A DNA stretch of 64,000 nucleotides from Fusobacterium sp. (GCF_030528405.1 NZ_JAUMYY010000001.1:10840-74839); one strand, 5' to 3'. Shown: positions 41,923-52,040, numbered from the stretch's first letter. Numbers and translations are program-made. The notes: generated by a model from the letters alone, not told the origin.

Positions 41923-43758
41923 GTGAAAAAAAATTTTAGATTTTTAATGTGTGTATTACTAATTTTTTATGGTAAACAATTATTTGCAGACAAATATCAG
42001 TTAGGTGATGGAAGTGTAGCACATTCAGATAAAAGTATTGCAATAGGTCAAAGCTATAAAGAAATAGATTATGACGGAGATGAAATTATTAGAAAAAATG
42101 AAGCAGGAAATCCTGAAAAATCAACTGAAAAACTTTATGCAACAGCTGTAGGAACAGCAAATAAAGCAAACAATAACTTAAGTGTTGCTGTTGGAAATTT
42201 CAATACATCAACTGGCAATGAAAGTATGACTTTTGGTAGAGGGAATATTTCAAGTGGAAATTACAGTCAATCTTTTGGTTCTTATAATACTTCAGAAGGA
42301 GGTTTCGCTTCAACTTTTGGTTTTAAAAATACTGCAAAGGGTGCGAACAGTCAAACTTTTGGTTCTTATAATACTTCAGAAGGAAATTATAGTTTAATAT
42401 TTGGGTTAGAGAACCACACTAAAGGAGGATCTAGCACGGCATTTGGTAGAAATAATGAAACATACTCGCTATTTAGTGATGCTTTTGGAAGTAATAATAC
42501 TGTAAAAAAAATGTCTGATATAGCTTTTGGTAGTGGAAATATTGCAGAAGGGGGAGGAAGCTCAGCTTTTGGATCTGGAAACAAAGCAAGAGGTTCTGTT
42601 AGTACAGCTTTTGGTACTTGGAATGAAACTAATGAATATCTTAGTATAGGTTTTGGTCATAGAAATACAGTGGATGGAGAAAAGAGTATAGCTACTGGAG
42701 GACAACTTTATATTTCAGGTAAAAATTCAGGAGCTTTTGGTAGAGGAGAGTATAATTTTCAAGCTCTGCAATATGACGATAAAGAAAACTATAAATATAG
42801 AATAGAAGGAGATAATTCATGGGTTGTGGGTGCTCATAATAATATTTCTAAAGATACTACAGATAATTTTATATTTGGGAATAAAAATGCTATAAGTGGT
42901 AATTTTTCAATGGCTATGGGATATGGAAATATAGTTTCAGGAGAAAAATCAACAGCAGTTGGATATAAAAATGAAGTTAGTGGAAATAATTCAGGAGCCT
43001 TTGGAGATCCAAACAAGGTAACAGGACACCGTTCTTATGCCTTTGGGAATGATAACAATATAGCAGGCAATGATAATTTTGTAATGGGTTCCAATGTAAA
43101 TATAGCAGCTGGAATAGCAAATTCAGTAGCGCTTGGTAATAATTCAGCAGTGTCATCTTCTAATGAAGTTTCGGTAGGTTCAAGCACAATTAAAAGAAAG
43201 GTAACTAATGTTGCCGATGGAGAAATTTCTGAAACATCAACAGATGCTATAAATGGAAGTCAACTTTATAAGGCTATGCAAGATAATAATGTAATTGGAG
43301 ATTTAAGAGTTGATTTAGGAAATTTAAAATCAGAAGTAAATCATGTTGGATCACTTAGTGCTGCTCTATCAGCTCTACATCCTATGCAATATGACCCTCA
43401 AGCACCAAATCAAATAATGGCAGGCTTTGGTCACTATAGAAATAAGCAATCTATAGCAGTTGGTATGAGTCACTATTTCAGTGAAAATGTATTAATGACA
43501 GCAGGGCTTGCAATAGGCAGCGAAAGAAGAGTAAAGACTATGGCCAATATAGGTCTAGCTTGGAAGTTAGGTAAGGGAGGTTCTACGTCTGCAACTAATA
43601 CACCTACCTATATAGTACAAGATGAAATGAATAGACTTACAAAAGAAAATAATCAGTTAAAATCAATAGTAAATTCACAAAATGATAAGCTTGTAAAACA
43701 GGATGAAAGAATAAAAAATTTGGAAGAAAAACTTGAATTATTAATAAAAAATAAATAA
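41923..43758 (+). CDS. YadA-type trimeric autotransporter adhesin with a C-terminal coiled-coil extension
   Basis: signal peptide; degenerate head repeats (SxAFGxxNxAxG, repeated about 15 times); neck and stalk; YadA anchor (LSAALSALHP...MAGFGHYRNKQSIAVGMSHYF...GLAW); then ~60 extra residues with heptad periodicity ending in K. GTG start preceded by G6 and followed by A8. Confidence 0.8.
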   Translation: MKKNFRFLMCVLLIFYGKQLFADKYQLGDGSVAHSDKSIAIGQSYKEIDYDGDEIIRKNEAGNPEKSTEKLYATAVGTANKANNNLSVAVGNFNTSTGNESMTFGRGNISSGNYSQSFGSYNTSEGGFASTFGFKNTAKGANSQTFGSYNTSEGNYSLIFGLENHTKGGSSTAFGRNNETYSLFSDAFGSNNTVKKMSDIAFGSGNIAEGGGSSAFGSGNKARGSVSTAFGTWNETNEYLSIGFGHRNTVDGEKSIATGGQLYISGKNSGAFGRGEYNFQALQYDDKENYKYRIEGDNSWVVGAHNNISKDTTDNFIFGNKNAISGNFSMAMGYGNIVSGEKSTAVGYKNEVSGNNSGAFGDPNKVTGHRSYAFGNDNNIAGNDNFVMGSNVNIAAGIANSVALGNNSAVSSSNEVSVGSSTIKRKVTNVADGEISETSTDAINGSQLYKAMQDNNVIGDLRVDLGNLKSEVNHVGSLSAALSALHPMQYDPQAPNQIMAGFGHYRNKQSIAVGMSHYFSENVLMTAGLAIGSERRVKTMANIGLAWKLGKGGSTSATNTPTYIVQDEMNRLTKENNQLKSIVNSQNDKLVKQDERIKNLEEKLELLIKNK

Positions 43759-43857
43759 GTAATAGATGCTATTGTAATAGTCCCTTTATTCGTATATAAA
43801 TATAAAACTATAGGTTTAAATGACTTTTTATTAAAATACTTTATAGAATAGAGATGT

Positions 43858-43886
43858 TTAGAATAATATTAAAATTATGGTATAAT
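43858..43886 (+). promoter_or_regulatory. strong sigma70 promoter candidate with extended -10 (TTAGAA-17-TGgTATAAT)
   Basis: read directly from the sequence, about 45-60 bp upstream of the 43945 start. Confidence 0.5.
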
Positions 43887-43944
43887 GAACAAAATATGTA
43901 ATTAATTTTTAAAATGCTAATTTGGAAAATATTTGGGAGAAAAA

Positions 43945-44475
43945 ATGGAGATATTTACTTATCAAATAGAACTAATTAGAAAAATGGGCTTTGGGAATTG
44001 GATTAAAACATATCCTGTAAACCCGATTACTATAGTTTTGACAGTTGTAATTATTGGCTTTATAGTTCTGATAGTTAATGCAAACACTAAAAAGAAAAAT
44101 GCTGAAAGAAACAAGGTTGAGGGAGCAGCTCTGCTTATACTAAAAAAACAAAATTCATTTAACAATAATTTTGCTGAACAGATAAGAGTAGTGGAAATAA
44201 ATGGAGAAAAAGCTCAATGGTTTTTTTATAAGACAAGACCAGCTGTTTATCTAAAACCTGGGAAAAATGAATTAATAGTTTATGCAGAGTGGGCTCAAAG
44301 TATAAAAAGAATAATTAAGACTGCACCTAGAAAAATAGAGTTAAGTGTCGATTATGATTCAGTATATACTATCTATTATAAAATAGAAATAGATCAGTAC
44401 CTGCTTTATAAAGGTGATGAGTATGAAGATAAAAAATGGGAAGAAAAACTTTCTAGTTATAATATTGTAAGTTAA
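43945..44475 (+). CDS. single-pass membrane protein with a C-terminal beta-rich domain, unknown function
   Basis: TM helix at residues ~28-50 (numbered from the 43933 ORF); start ATG 43945 preferred, with SD GGGAG. Confidence 0.45.
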   Translation: MEIFTYQIELIRKMGFGNWIKTYPVNPITIVLTVVIIGFIVLIVNANTKKKNAERNKVEGAALLILKKQNSFNNNFAEQIRVVEINGEKAQWFFYKTRPAVYLKPGKNELIVYAEWAQSIKRIIKTAPRKIELSVDYDSVYTIYYKIEIDQYLLYKGDEYEDKKWEEKLSSYNIVS

Positions 44476-44479
44476 TAAA

Positions 44480-44560
44480 GAAGCCGATATAAAGACAAAG
44501 AAAGAGAGTGTGAACTTTTTTCTACACTCTCCAAAGAAATCTTTATAATCGGCTTTTTAT
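44480..44560. terminator. nested long inverted repeat (double hairpin) between convergent genes, a bidirectional terminator candidate
   Basis: outer arms AAGCCGATATAAAGA / TCTTTATAATCGGCTT; inner arms GAGAGTGT / ACACTCTC; T-run follows. Confidence 0.5.
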
Positions 44561-44571
44561 AATTGACTTAT

Positions 44572-45045
44572 TTAAGCTTGAATATATTCAAGAACTGCTG
44601 AAAAAGTTTTATCTTTTTTAACATCGGGCTTTTTTATTGCAAAGCCATTTTTTACTACAGCATCAGGACAAATTTTCTTAATATCTTCTATGCTCTTTCC
44701 AAGTCCACCACCATTATGATTACAGATAGGATATATAGTTTTTCCTTTACTATCCATAGTTTCAAGAAAGGAAAGAACAACATTTGGACAGGTGAACCAC
44801 CAAGCTGGATAAATTAAGATAATTTGATTGTAGTCATTAACATTTTCAAGTCTATTTAAAAGTTGCACTTTTTCTTTTGAAAGTTTTTCCTTGGCAACTT
44901 GAGCTACAGCTACTGCATAAGAATTTGAATATTTTTTATCAGTTTGAATATGAAATATATCAGCTTTTAATTCATCTTTTAATAAATTAGCTATGTATTC
45001 AGAATTTCCACTCCAAGAAAAATAAGCAATTAAAACTTTTTTCAT
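44572..45045 (-). CDS. flavodoxin-like fold protein
   Basis: N-terminal MKKVLIAYFSWSGNSE flavodoxin-like motif, 157 aa. Confidence 0.6.
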   Translation of the reverse strand: MKKVLIAYFSWSGNSEYIANLLKDELKADIFHIQTDKKYSNSYAVAVAQVAKEKLSKEKVQLLNRLENVNDYNQIILIYPAWWFTCPNVVLSFLETMDSKGKTIYPICNHNGGGLGKSIEDIKKICPDAVVKNGFAIKKPDVKKDKTFSAVLEYIQA

Positions 45046-45253
45046 ATTTCCCTCCTTATATAATGAAAATACAGTAAAACCTAAAATATTTCAATTTTAT
45101 TTTAAATATATTTTAACATATTCTAACTCATTTTATATTATTTTTTTGTATAAAAAATATGGAATTGAATTATTTTAAGAAAATATATATTTTTCACCAT
45201 AAATATTTAAATTTGTGCTATAATTTAAGAGAATTTAATTTTGGGAGAATGTT

Positions 45254-47590
45254 ATGAATGTACACAGTTATAAAATTTTAGAATTTGATAAATTAAAAGA
45301 AAAAATTTTGGAAAATATAGTAATTGAAGAAAATAGAGATAGACTTATAGAGCTAGCTCCTTACAAAGATCTATCGGCCTTAAATAATGAGCTTAAGACA
45401 GTCAAAGACTTTATGGATTTAATAGAATTTGATGGTGGCTTTGAAAACACAGGTCTTAAAAATATTTGTATTTTAATAGATAAAATAAAACTTATAGGAA
45501 CTTATTTAGATGTTGATGAACTTTGGGATATAAATGTAAATTTAAGATTGATAAGAGTTTTTAAAAATAGACTTGATGATTTAGGGAAATATAAACATTT
45601 AAGGGAAGTTATAGGAAATATTCCCAATTTAAAAAATATAGAAGATATTATAAATAAAACTATAGATATTGAAAGACAGATTAAAGATGATGCTTCACTT
45701 GACTTAAGGGATATAAGACTTCATAAGAAAACTCTTAATATGAATATAAAAAGAAAGTTTGAGGAGCTTTTTGAAGAAGGTTCACTTGCTAATGCTTTTC
45801 AAGATAGAATAATAACAGAAAGAGATGGCAGAATGGTAACTGCTGTTAAATATGATTTTAAAGGGCAGATTAAAGGTATAGAACATGACAGATCTGCAAG
45901 TGGACAAACAGTTTTCATAGAACCTCTTTCAATAGTTTCTTTAAACAATAAGATGAGAGAACTTGAATCCAAAGAAAAAGAGGAAATAAGAAAAATATTA
46001 CTTAGAATTTCCGAGCTTTTAAGAAACAATAGAGATGATATAATCCATGTGGGAGAAAAAATAATTTATTTGGATATTTTAAATGCTAAATCTATATATG
46101 GTGTTGAGAATAAATGCAATATACCAAGTGTCAGCAATAAAGAAACGCTTTCACTTGAGCAGGCAAGACATCCATTGATTGACAGAGATAAAGTTGTACC
46201 TCTAAGTTTTGAAATAGGTAAGGATTATAATATTTTACTTATAACTGGTCCTAATACAGGTGGAAAAACAGTGGCACTAAAAACAGCAGGTTTGCTTGCT
46301 TTAATGGCACTATCCGCTATTCCTATACCAGCTTCTGAAAATTCAAAAATTGGTTTTTTTGAAGGAATTTTTGCAGATATAGGTGACGAGCAAAGTATAG
46401 AGCAATCTCTGTCATCATTTTCAGCACATTTAAAAAATATAAAAGAAATTTTAGAAAATTTGACAAAAAACTCTCTTGTTTTATTAGATGAGCTTGGTTC
46501 AGGAACTGATCCCATAGAGGGTTCAGCATTTGCTATGTCTGTAATAGATTATTTATTAGAGAAGAGATGTAAGGCTTTTATTACCACGCACTATAGTCAG
46601 GTTAAAGCCTATGGTTATAATGAACCTAGTATAGAAACAGCTTCTATGGAATTTAATACTGACACACTTTCACCAACTTATAAACTTCTTATAGGTATTC
46701 CTGGAGAAAGTAATGCCCTTACTATAGCAAGCAGGATGGGGATAGCAGATGAAATAATTCTAAAGGCTAAAAACTATATAAGTGAAGATAATAAAAAAGT
46801 AGAAAAGATGATAGAGAATATAAAGAACAAATCTCAAGAACTTGATACTTTAAGGGAAAGAATAACAAAAGTTGAGGAAGAAACAAAACTAGATAGAGAA
46901 AGAGCAAAGCAAGAAATGCTTTTAGTTGAAAAACAAAAGAGTGAAATAATAAAAAAAGCCTATGAAGATGCAGAAAAAATGATGAATGAAATGAGAGCTA
47001 AAGCATCAGCCCTTGTTGAAAAAATTCAAAAGGAAGAAAACAAAAAAGAGGATGCACAGAAACTTCAAAAAAGTCTTAATATGCTTTCATCTGCATTGAG
47101 AGAGGAAAAGAGCAAAACTGTTGAAGCTGTAAAAAATATTAAGAGAAAGGCTGAATTTAAAGTTGGAGATAGAGTATTTGTCAAAAGCATTAACCAATTT
47201 GCAACTGTTTTAAAAATAAATGAAACAAAAGAAAGTACCAATGTTCAAGCAGGTATTTTAAAGCTTGAAGTTCCTTTTGATGAAATTAAAATAGTGGAAG
47301 AAAAGAAAGAAAAAGTATACAATGTAAGTAGTCATAAAAAGAGTCCTGTTAAATATGAAATAGATTTAAGAGGAAAAATGGTTGATGAGGCAATATATGA
47401 ACTGGAAACATATTTGGATAGGGCAACACTAAATTCTTATACGGAGGTCTATATAATACATGGCAAGGGTACTGGAGCTTTAAGAGAAGGTGTACTTAAA
47501 TATTTAAAAACCTCAAGATATGTTAAAAATTTTAGAATTGGTGGTCATGGAGAAGGTGGTCTTGGATGTACTGTGGTAAGTCTAAAATAG
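45254..47590 (+). CDS. mutS2: endonuclease MutS2 (MutS domain plus C-terminal Smr)
   Basis: Walker A GPNTGGKT, a long coiled coil, and a C-terminal Smr domain (IDLRGKM...HGKGTGALR). Confidence 0.9.
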   Translation: MNVHSYKILEFDKLKEKILENIVIEENRDRLIELAPYKDLSALNNELKTVKDFMDLIEFDGGFENTGLKNICILIDKIKLIGTYLDVDELWDINVNLRLIRVFKNRLDDLGKYKHLREVIGNIPNLKNIEDIINKTIDIERQIKDDASLDLRDIRLHKKTLNMNIKRKFEELFEEGSLANAFQDRIITERDGRMVTAVKYDFKGQIKGIEHDRSASGQTVFIEPLSIVSLNNKMRELESKEKEEIRKILLRISELLRNNRDDIIHVGEKIIYLDILNAKSIYGVENKCNIPSVSNKETLSLEQARHPLIDRDKVVPLSFEIGKDYNILLITGPNTGGKTVALKTAGLLALMALSAIPIPASENSKIGFFEGIFADIGDEQSIEQSLSSFSAHLKNIKEILENLTKNSLVLLDELGSGTDPIEGSAFAMSVIDYLLEKRCKAFITTHYSQVKAYGYNEPSIETASMEFNTDTLSPTYKLLIGIPGESNALTIASRMGIADEIILKAKNYISEDNKKVEKMIENIKNKSQELDTLRERITKVEEETKLDRERAKQEMLLVEKQKSEIIKKAYEDAEKMMNEMRAKASALVEKIQKEENKKEDAQKLQKSLNMLSSALREEKSKTVEAVKNIKRKAEFKVGDRVFVKSINQFATVLKINETKESTNVQAGILKLEVPFDEIKIVEEKKEKVYNVSSHKKSPVKYEIDLRGKMVDEAIYELETYLDRATLNSYTEVYIIHGKGTGALREGVLKYLKTSRYVKNFRIGGHGEGGLGCTVVSLK

Positions 47591-48261
47591 GAAAAAAAGT
47601 CAGCTTTATTTTAGCAGCTGCAGGAATTGGGAAAAGAATGGCTTTAACTTATCCAAAGCAATTTTTGGAATATAAGGGGGAACCTTTATTTTATTCCAGT
47701 TTAAAAATAGCTTTTGAAAGTGAATTTATAGATGAGATTATAATAGTTACAAATGAAGAAAGCTTAGAGTACATGAATAATTTTTGTGAGCAAAAAAATA
47801 TACTTTCAAAAGTAAGAAAAATAATAAAGGGTGGACAAGAAAGACAAAATTCTATATATAATGCCTTAATGGAACTTACAAAAACGGACTATGTCATTAT
47901 TCAAGATGGAGTTAGACCTTTTTTAAAAGAAGAGTATATAGAGAAGACTTTGGAAGCTATTGATAAAGGGTATGATGGAGCTGTTGTAGGAGTCAAGGTA
48001 AAAGATACAGTTAAGCTTATAGATACAGATAATGAAATAATTTCTACACCAGCAAGAGATTTTATAGTATTAGTTCATACTCCCCAAACTTTTAAATTTG
48101 AAGTTTTAAAAGGTGCATATGAGGAGGCTAAAAGAAGGGGAATTGTAGCTACAGATGATGCTATGTTAGTTGAAAGAATGGATAAAAAAATTAAATTTAT
48201 CCATGGGGATTATGATAATATAAAGATAACTACACAGGAAGATTTAATTTATTTAAAATAG
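47566..48261 (+). CDS. ispD: 2-C-methyl-D-erythritol 4-phosphate cytidylyltransferase
   Basis: ILAAAGIGKRM motif; the exact start is uncertain because the ORF overlaps the mutS2 3' end. Confidence 0.75.
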   Translation: MYCGKSKIGKKVSFILAAAGIGKRMALTYPKQFLEYKGEPLFYSSLKIAFESEFIDEIIIVTNEESLEYMNNFCEQKNILSKVRKIIKGGQERQNSIYNALMELTKTDYVIIQDGVRPFLKEEYIEKTLEAIDKGYDGAVVGVKVKDTVKLIDTDNEIISTPARDFIVLVHTPQTFKFEVLKGAYEEAKRRGIVATDDAMLVERMDKKIKFIHGDYDNIKITTQEDLIYLK

Positions 48262-48292
48262 TTAATATTAAGATTAAAAAAGGGAGAAGGAA

Positions 48293-49711
48293 ATGATAAA
48301 AATATATAACACACTTACTGGACAACTGGATGAATTTAAACCTTTAAAGGAAAATGAAGTGTCTATGTATGTATGTGGTCCCACAGTATATAATCTTATA
48401 CATATAGGAAATACAAGACCAGCAGTTTTTTTTGATACTGTTAGAAGATATTTTGAATATAGAGGATTTAAAGTAAATTATGTTCAAAATTTTACTGATG
48501 TTGATGACAAAATGATAAACAAAGCAAATGAAGAAAATATAACAATAAAAGAAGTTGCTGATAGATATATAGAGGCATACTTTGAAGATACATCAAAGTT
48601 AAATTTAAAAGAAGAGGGAATGATAAGACCTAAGGCTACAGAAAATATAAAAGAAATGATAGATATAATTTCAGCACTTATTGAAAAAGGTTATGCCTAT
48701 GAATCAAATGGAGATGTATATTTTGAAGTTGAAAAGTATAAAGAGGGTTATGGGGAACTTTCAAAGCAAAAGATAGAAGATTTAAAAAGTGGAGCAAGAA
48801 TAGATATAAGTGAAATAAAAAAATCTGCCATAGATTTTGTACTTTGGAAGGCATCTAAACCAAATGAACCTAGTTGGGATTCCCCTTGGGGTAAGGGAAG
48901 ACCAGGATGGCATATAGAATGTTCGGCTATGTCAAGAAAGTACCTTGGAGATAGCTTTGATATTCATGGTGGAGGGCAAGATTTGATATTTCCACATCAT
49001 GAAAATGAAATTGCACAATCTAAGTGTGGCTGTGGTGGAACTTATGCAAGATATTGGATGCATAATGGTTATATAAATATAAATGGTGAAAAAATGTCTA
49101 AATCAGGTTCGTTTGTACTATTGAGACAAATACTTGAAAGATTTGATGGCAGAGTAATTCGTTTATTTATATTAGGAGCTCATTATAGAAAACCAATGGA
49201 ATTTTCTGATTTTGAATTAAATCAATCTAAGTCAGCTCTTGAAAGAATTGAAAACACATTAAAGAGAGTTAAGGAATTAGATAGAGAAAACTTAAATGGT
49301 AAAAATAATTTACAAGATTTAAAAATTTTTAAAGAAAAAATGGAGAAAAACTTCATAGAAGCTATGGATGAAGATTTTAATACTGCTCAGGCTTTAGGCT
49401 ATATATTTGAACTTATAAAAGCTACAAATAAAGCTATTGATGAAGGAAAATTTTCAACAGAAGGAATGCTTGTAATGGATGAAGTTTATAACTATTTAAC
49501 TACTGTTATAGAAGAAGTTTTAGGCATAAAATTAAAACTGGAAGCAGATGTAAGTAATATATCAGCAGAGCTTATAGAATTTATATTAGAATTAAGAAGA
49601 GAGGCGAGAGCTGAAAAAAATTGGTCTTTATCTGATAAAATAAGAGATAGACTTCTTGAGATGGGTATACAAATAAAAGATGGAAAGGATAAAACTACAT
49701 GGACAATGTAG
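48293..49711 (+). CDS. cysS: cysteine--tRNA ligase
   Basis: HIGN (HIGH) and KMSKS motifs plus the zinc-binding Cys. Confidence 0.9.
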   Translation: MIKIYNTLTGQLDEFKPLKENEVSMYVCGPTVYNLIHIGNTRPAVFFDTVRRYFEYRGFKVNYVQNFTDVDDKMINKANEENITIKEVADRYIEAYFEDTSKLNLKEEGMIRPKATENIKEMIDIISALIEKGYAYESNGDVYFEVEKYKEGYGELSKQKIEDLKSGARIDISEIKKSAIDFVLWKASKPNEPSWDSPWGKGRPGWHIECSAMSRKYLGDSFDIHGGGQDLIFPHHENEIAQSKCGCGGTYARYWMHNGYININGEKMSKSGSFVLLRQILERFDGRVIRLFILGAHYRKPMEFSDFELNQSKSALERIENTLKRVKELDRENLNGKNNLQDLKIFKEKMEKNFIEAMDEDFNTAQALGYIFELIKATNKAIDEGKFSTEGMLVMDEVYNYLTTVIEEVLGIKLKLEADVSNISAELIEFILELRREARAEKNWSLSDKIRDRLLEMGIQIKDGKDKTTWTM

Positions 49712-50106
49712 AAGATATAAAGAAGGATATAAGAGAATATAGTGGCATAGAACTAGCCTACTTAGGAGATGCAGTTTGGGAACTAGAAGTTAGGAATTAT
49801 TTTATAAAACAAGGTTATTCAATTTTAAATTTAAATAAACTTGTTAAGTCTAAAGTTAATGCTAAGTCACAGAGTTTATTTTTTAAAGAATTGTTTGAAG
49901 AACTGGAAGAAGAAGAAAAAAATATAGCTAGAAGAGCTAAAAATAGTAATATAAAAACCTTTCCAAAATCTTGTACAGTTATGGAATATAAAGAAGCCAC
50001 TGCTTTTGAGGCGATAATAGGTGCACTGTATTTAAAAAATAAAAGGGAAACGATTTTAAAAATTTTAAAAAAATTTATAAAGGGAGATGAAGATGGGGCT
50101 ATTTAG
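49699..50106 (+). CDS. mrnC: mini-ribonuclease III
   Basis: AYLGDAVWEL motif, 135 aa, immediately after cysS as in Firmicutes. Confidence 0.75.
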   Translation: MDNVEDIKKDIREYSGIELAYLGDAVWELEVRNYFIKQGYSILNLNKLVKSKVNAKSQSLFFKELFEELEEEEKNIARRAKNSNIKTFPKSCTVMEYKEATAFEAIIGALYLKNKRETILKILKKFIKGDEDGAI

Positions 50107-51121
50107 TTTTAAATCAAATAGGAGTATAGGTATTGACTTGGGAACTGCAAACACCCTAGTTTACAGTAAAAAACATAAAAAAATAGTTTTAAATGAGCCG
50201 TCAGTTGTGGCAGTGGAAAGAGAAACGAGAAAGGTCTTAGCAGTTGGTAATGAAGCTAAGGAAATGTTAGGAAAAACTCCTGATTCAATCGTAGCAGTTA
50301 GACCTTTAAGTGAGGGAGTTATAGCTGATTATGATATAACGGAGGCTATGATAAAATATTTTATAAAGAAAATTTTTGGGACATATAGATTTTTTATGCC
50401 AGAAATAATGATCTGTGTCCCTATAGATGTAACTGGGGTAGAAAAAAGAGCAGTTTTAGAAGCAGCAATTTCGGCGGGAGCTAAAAAAGCATACTTAATA
50501 GAAGAGGCAAGAGCAGCAGCATTAGGTTCAGGAATGGATATAGCAGCACCTGAAGGGAACTTAATAATAGATATTGGAGGAGGTTCTACAGATGTTGCAG
50601 TCATTTCATTGGGAGGGACTGTTGTCAGTAAAACAATAAGAATAGCTGGAAATAATTTTGATGCTGATATTATTAAATATGTAAAAAAGACATACAATCT
50701 TTTGATTGGGGAAAAGACAGCTGAAGAGATAAAAATGAAGATAGGAACTGCACTTCCTCTTGAAGAAGAAGAAACAATGGAAGTAAAAGGGAGAGATTTA
50801 ATAATGGGGCTTCCTAAAACAGTTGTTATAAGTTCGGAAGAAGTTAGGGAAGCTATAAAGGATTCTTTAAATGAAATATTACAGGCTGTTAAATCTGTAC
50901 TTGAAAAAACACCACCAGAACTTGCTTCTGATATAGTTGATAAGGGAATGATTATGACAGGTGGAGGTTCGCTTATAAGAAATTTCCCAGAAATGATATC
51001 AAAGCATACAAATTTAAAAGTTTCTCTAGCTGAAAATCCACTTGAAAGTGTTGTTATGGGAGCTGGATTAGCCTTAGACCAAATAGAAATATTGAGAAAA
51101 ATTGAAAAGGCAGAAAGATAA
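50087..51121 (+). CDS. mreB: rod shape-determining protein MreB
   Basis: actin-fold motifs (IGIDLGTANT, DIGGGSTD). Confidence 0.9.
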   Translation: MKMGLFSFKSNRSIGIDLGTANTLVYSKKHKKIVLNEPSVVAVERETRKVLAVGNEAKEMLGKTPDSIVAVRPLSEGVIADYDITEAMIKYFIKKIFGTYRFFMPEIMICVPIDVTGVEKRAVLEAAISAGAKKAYLIEEARAAALGSGMDIAAPEGNLIIDIGGGSTDVAVISLGGTVVSKTIRIAGNNFDADIIKYVKKTYNLLIGEKTAEEIKMKIGTALPLEEEETMEVKGRDLIMGLPKTVVISSEEVREAIKDSLNEILQAVKSVLEKTPPELASDIVDKGMIMTGGGSLIRNFPEMISKHTNLKVSLAENPLESVVMGAGLALDQIEILRKIEKAER

Positions 51122-51993
51122 TGTTAGATGAGTTTTTAAAAAATGAATTGTCATTTGATAGAGAATCAGGGACTTATTTGTTTTATGGAGATGATGTAGA
51201 AAGAAATTTTGAGCTTGCTCTTGAATTTGCAAAACATCTCTTTTCTAAAAATATAAAGGATTTGAAAAATATAGAGAGTATAAAACAAAAAGTTGATAGG
51301 CAAACTTATTCAGATTTATATGTTATAGATAACTTGAATATAGATATAGCAAGAGATATGATAAAAAAAAGTTACAGTAGTTCGCATGAAGGAAATGCAA
51401 AAGTTTTTATTTTAAAAAATATTCAAGACATAAGAAAAGAGAGTGCAAATGCCATATTAAAAATTATTGAAGAGCCTACTAAAGATAACTTTTTTATTCT
51501 ATTGTCCAAGCATTTAAATATATTAACGACCATAAGATCTCGTTCTATAATCTATAGGGTAAAAAGGGCTACAGCCGAAGAGTTAGGTGTGGATAAATAT
51601 AGTTATGAATTTTTTTTAGCTTCTTCCACAGACATAAAGAAGTTTAAACAAAGTAGTATAAATTTATCAGAAGAAGTTTCTTTTAAATCTATAGGGAAAT
51701 TTATAAAGGCATATGAAACAGAGGAGAAAATAGAGGAAAAAGTTAATATATATAAGGCACTGAGAGATTTTGTTATTAAATCTGAAAATTTAAAATTATA
51801 TGAAAAAATAAAATTTGCAGAAGATATCAATAGCAACATAACAAACAGGGAAAATGTTAAATTAGTTGTTGATTATCTTATAAATTTAGTAAAAAGAAAT
51901 AAAAATTTAAAAGGAAAACTTTATCTCAAAAAAATGCTTAGATATCCTGTAAACTTAAAATTATTTTTTATAAATTTAATATTAGAAATATAA
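51121..51993 (+). CDS. holB: DNA polymerase III delta' subunit
   Basis: AAA+ clamp-loader-like fold with sensor motif TIRSRS; N-terminal Walker A is degenerate, as is typical of delta'. Confidence 0.6.
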   Translation: MLDEFLKNELSFDRESGTYLFYGDDVERNFELALEFAKHLFSKNIKDLKNIESIKQKVDRQTYSDLYVIDNLNIDIARDMIKKSYSSSHEGNAKVFILKNIQDIRKESANAILKIIEEPTKDNFFILLSKHLNILTTIRSRSIIYRVKRATAEELGVDKYSYEFFLASSTDIKKFKQSSINLSEEVSFKSIGKFIKAYETEEKIEEKVNIYKALRDFVIKSENLKLYEKIKFAEDINSNITNRENVKLVVDYLINLVKRNKNLKGKLYLKKMLRYPVNLKLFFINLILEI

Positions 51994-52040
51994 AAAAGGG
52001 CTGTTGCAAATTTTTAAATTGTAACAGCCCTAAATTTTTT
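51990..52040. terminator. bidirectional terminator between holB and the convergent small gene
   Basis: 13-bp stem AGGGCTGTTGCAA / TTGTAACAGCCCT flanked by A-runs and T-runs. Confidence 0.65.

Noticed and set aside
50329-50697. 122-aa minus-strand ORF inside mreB
   Set aside because: It is antisense to conserved mreB.
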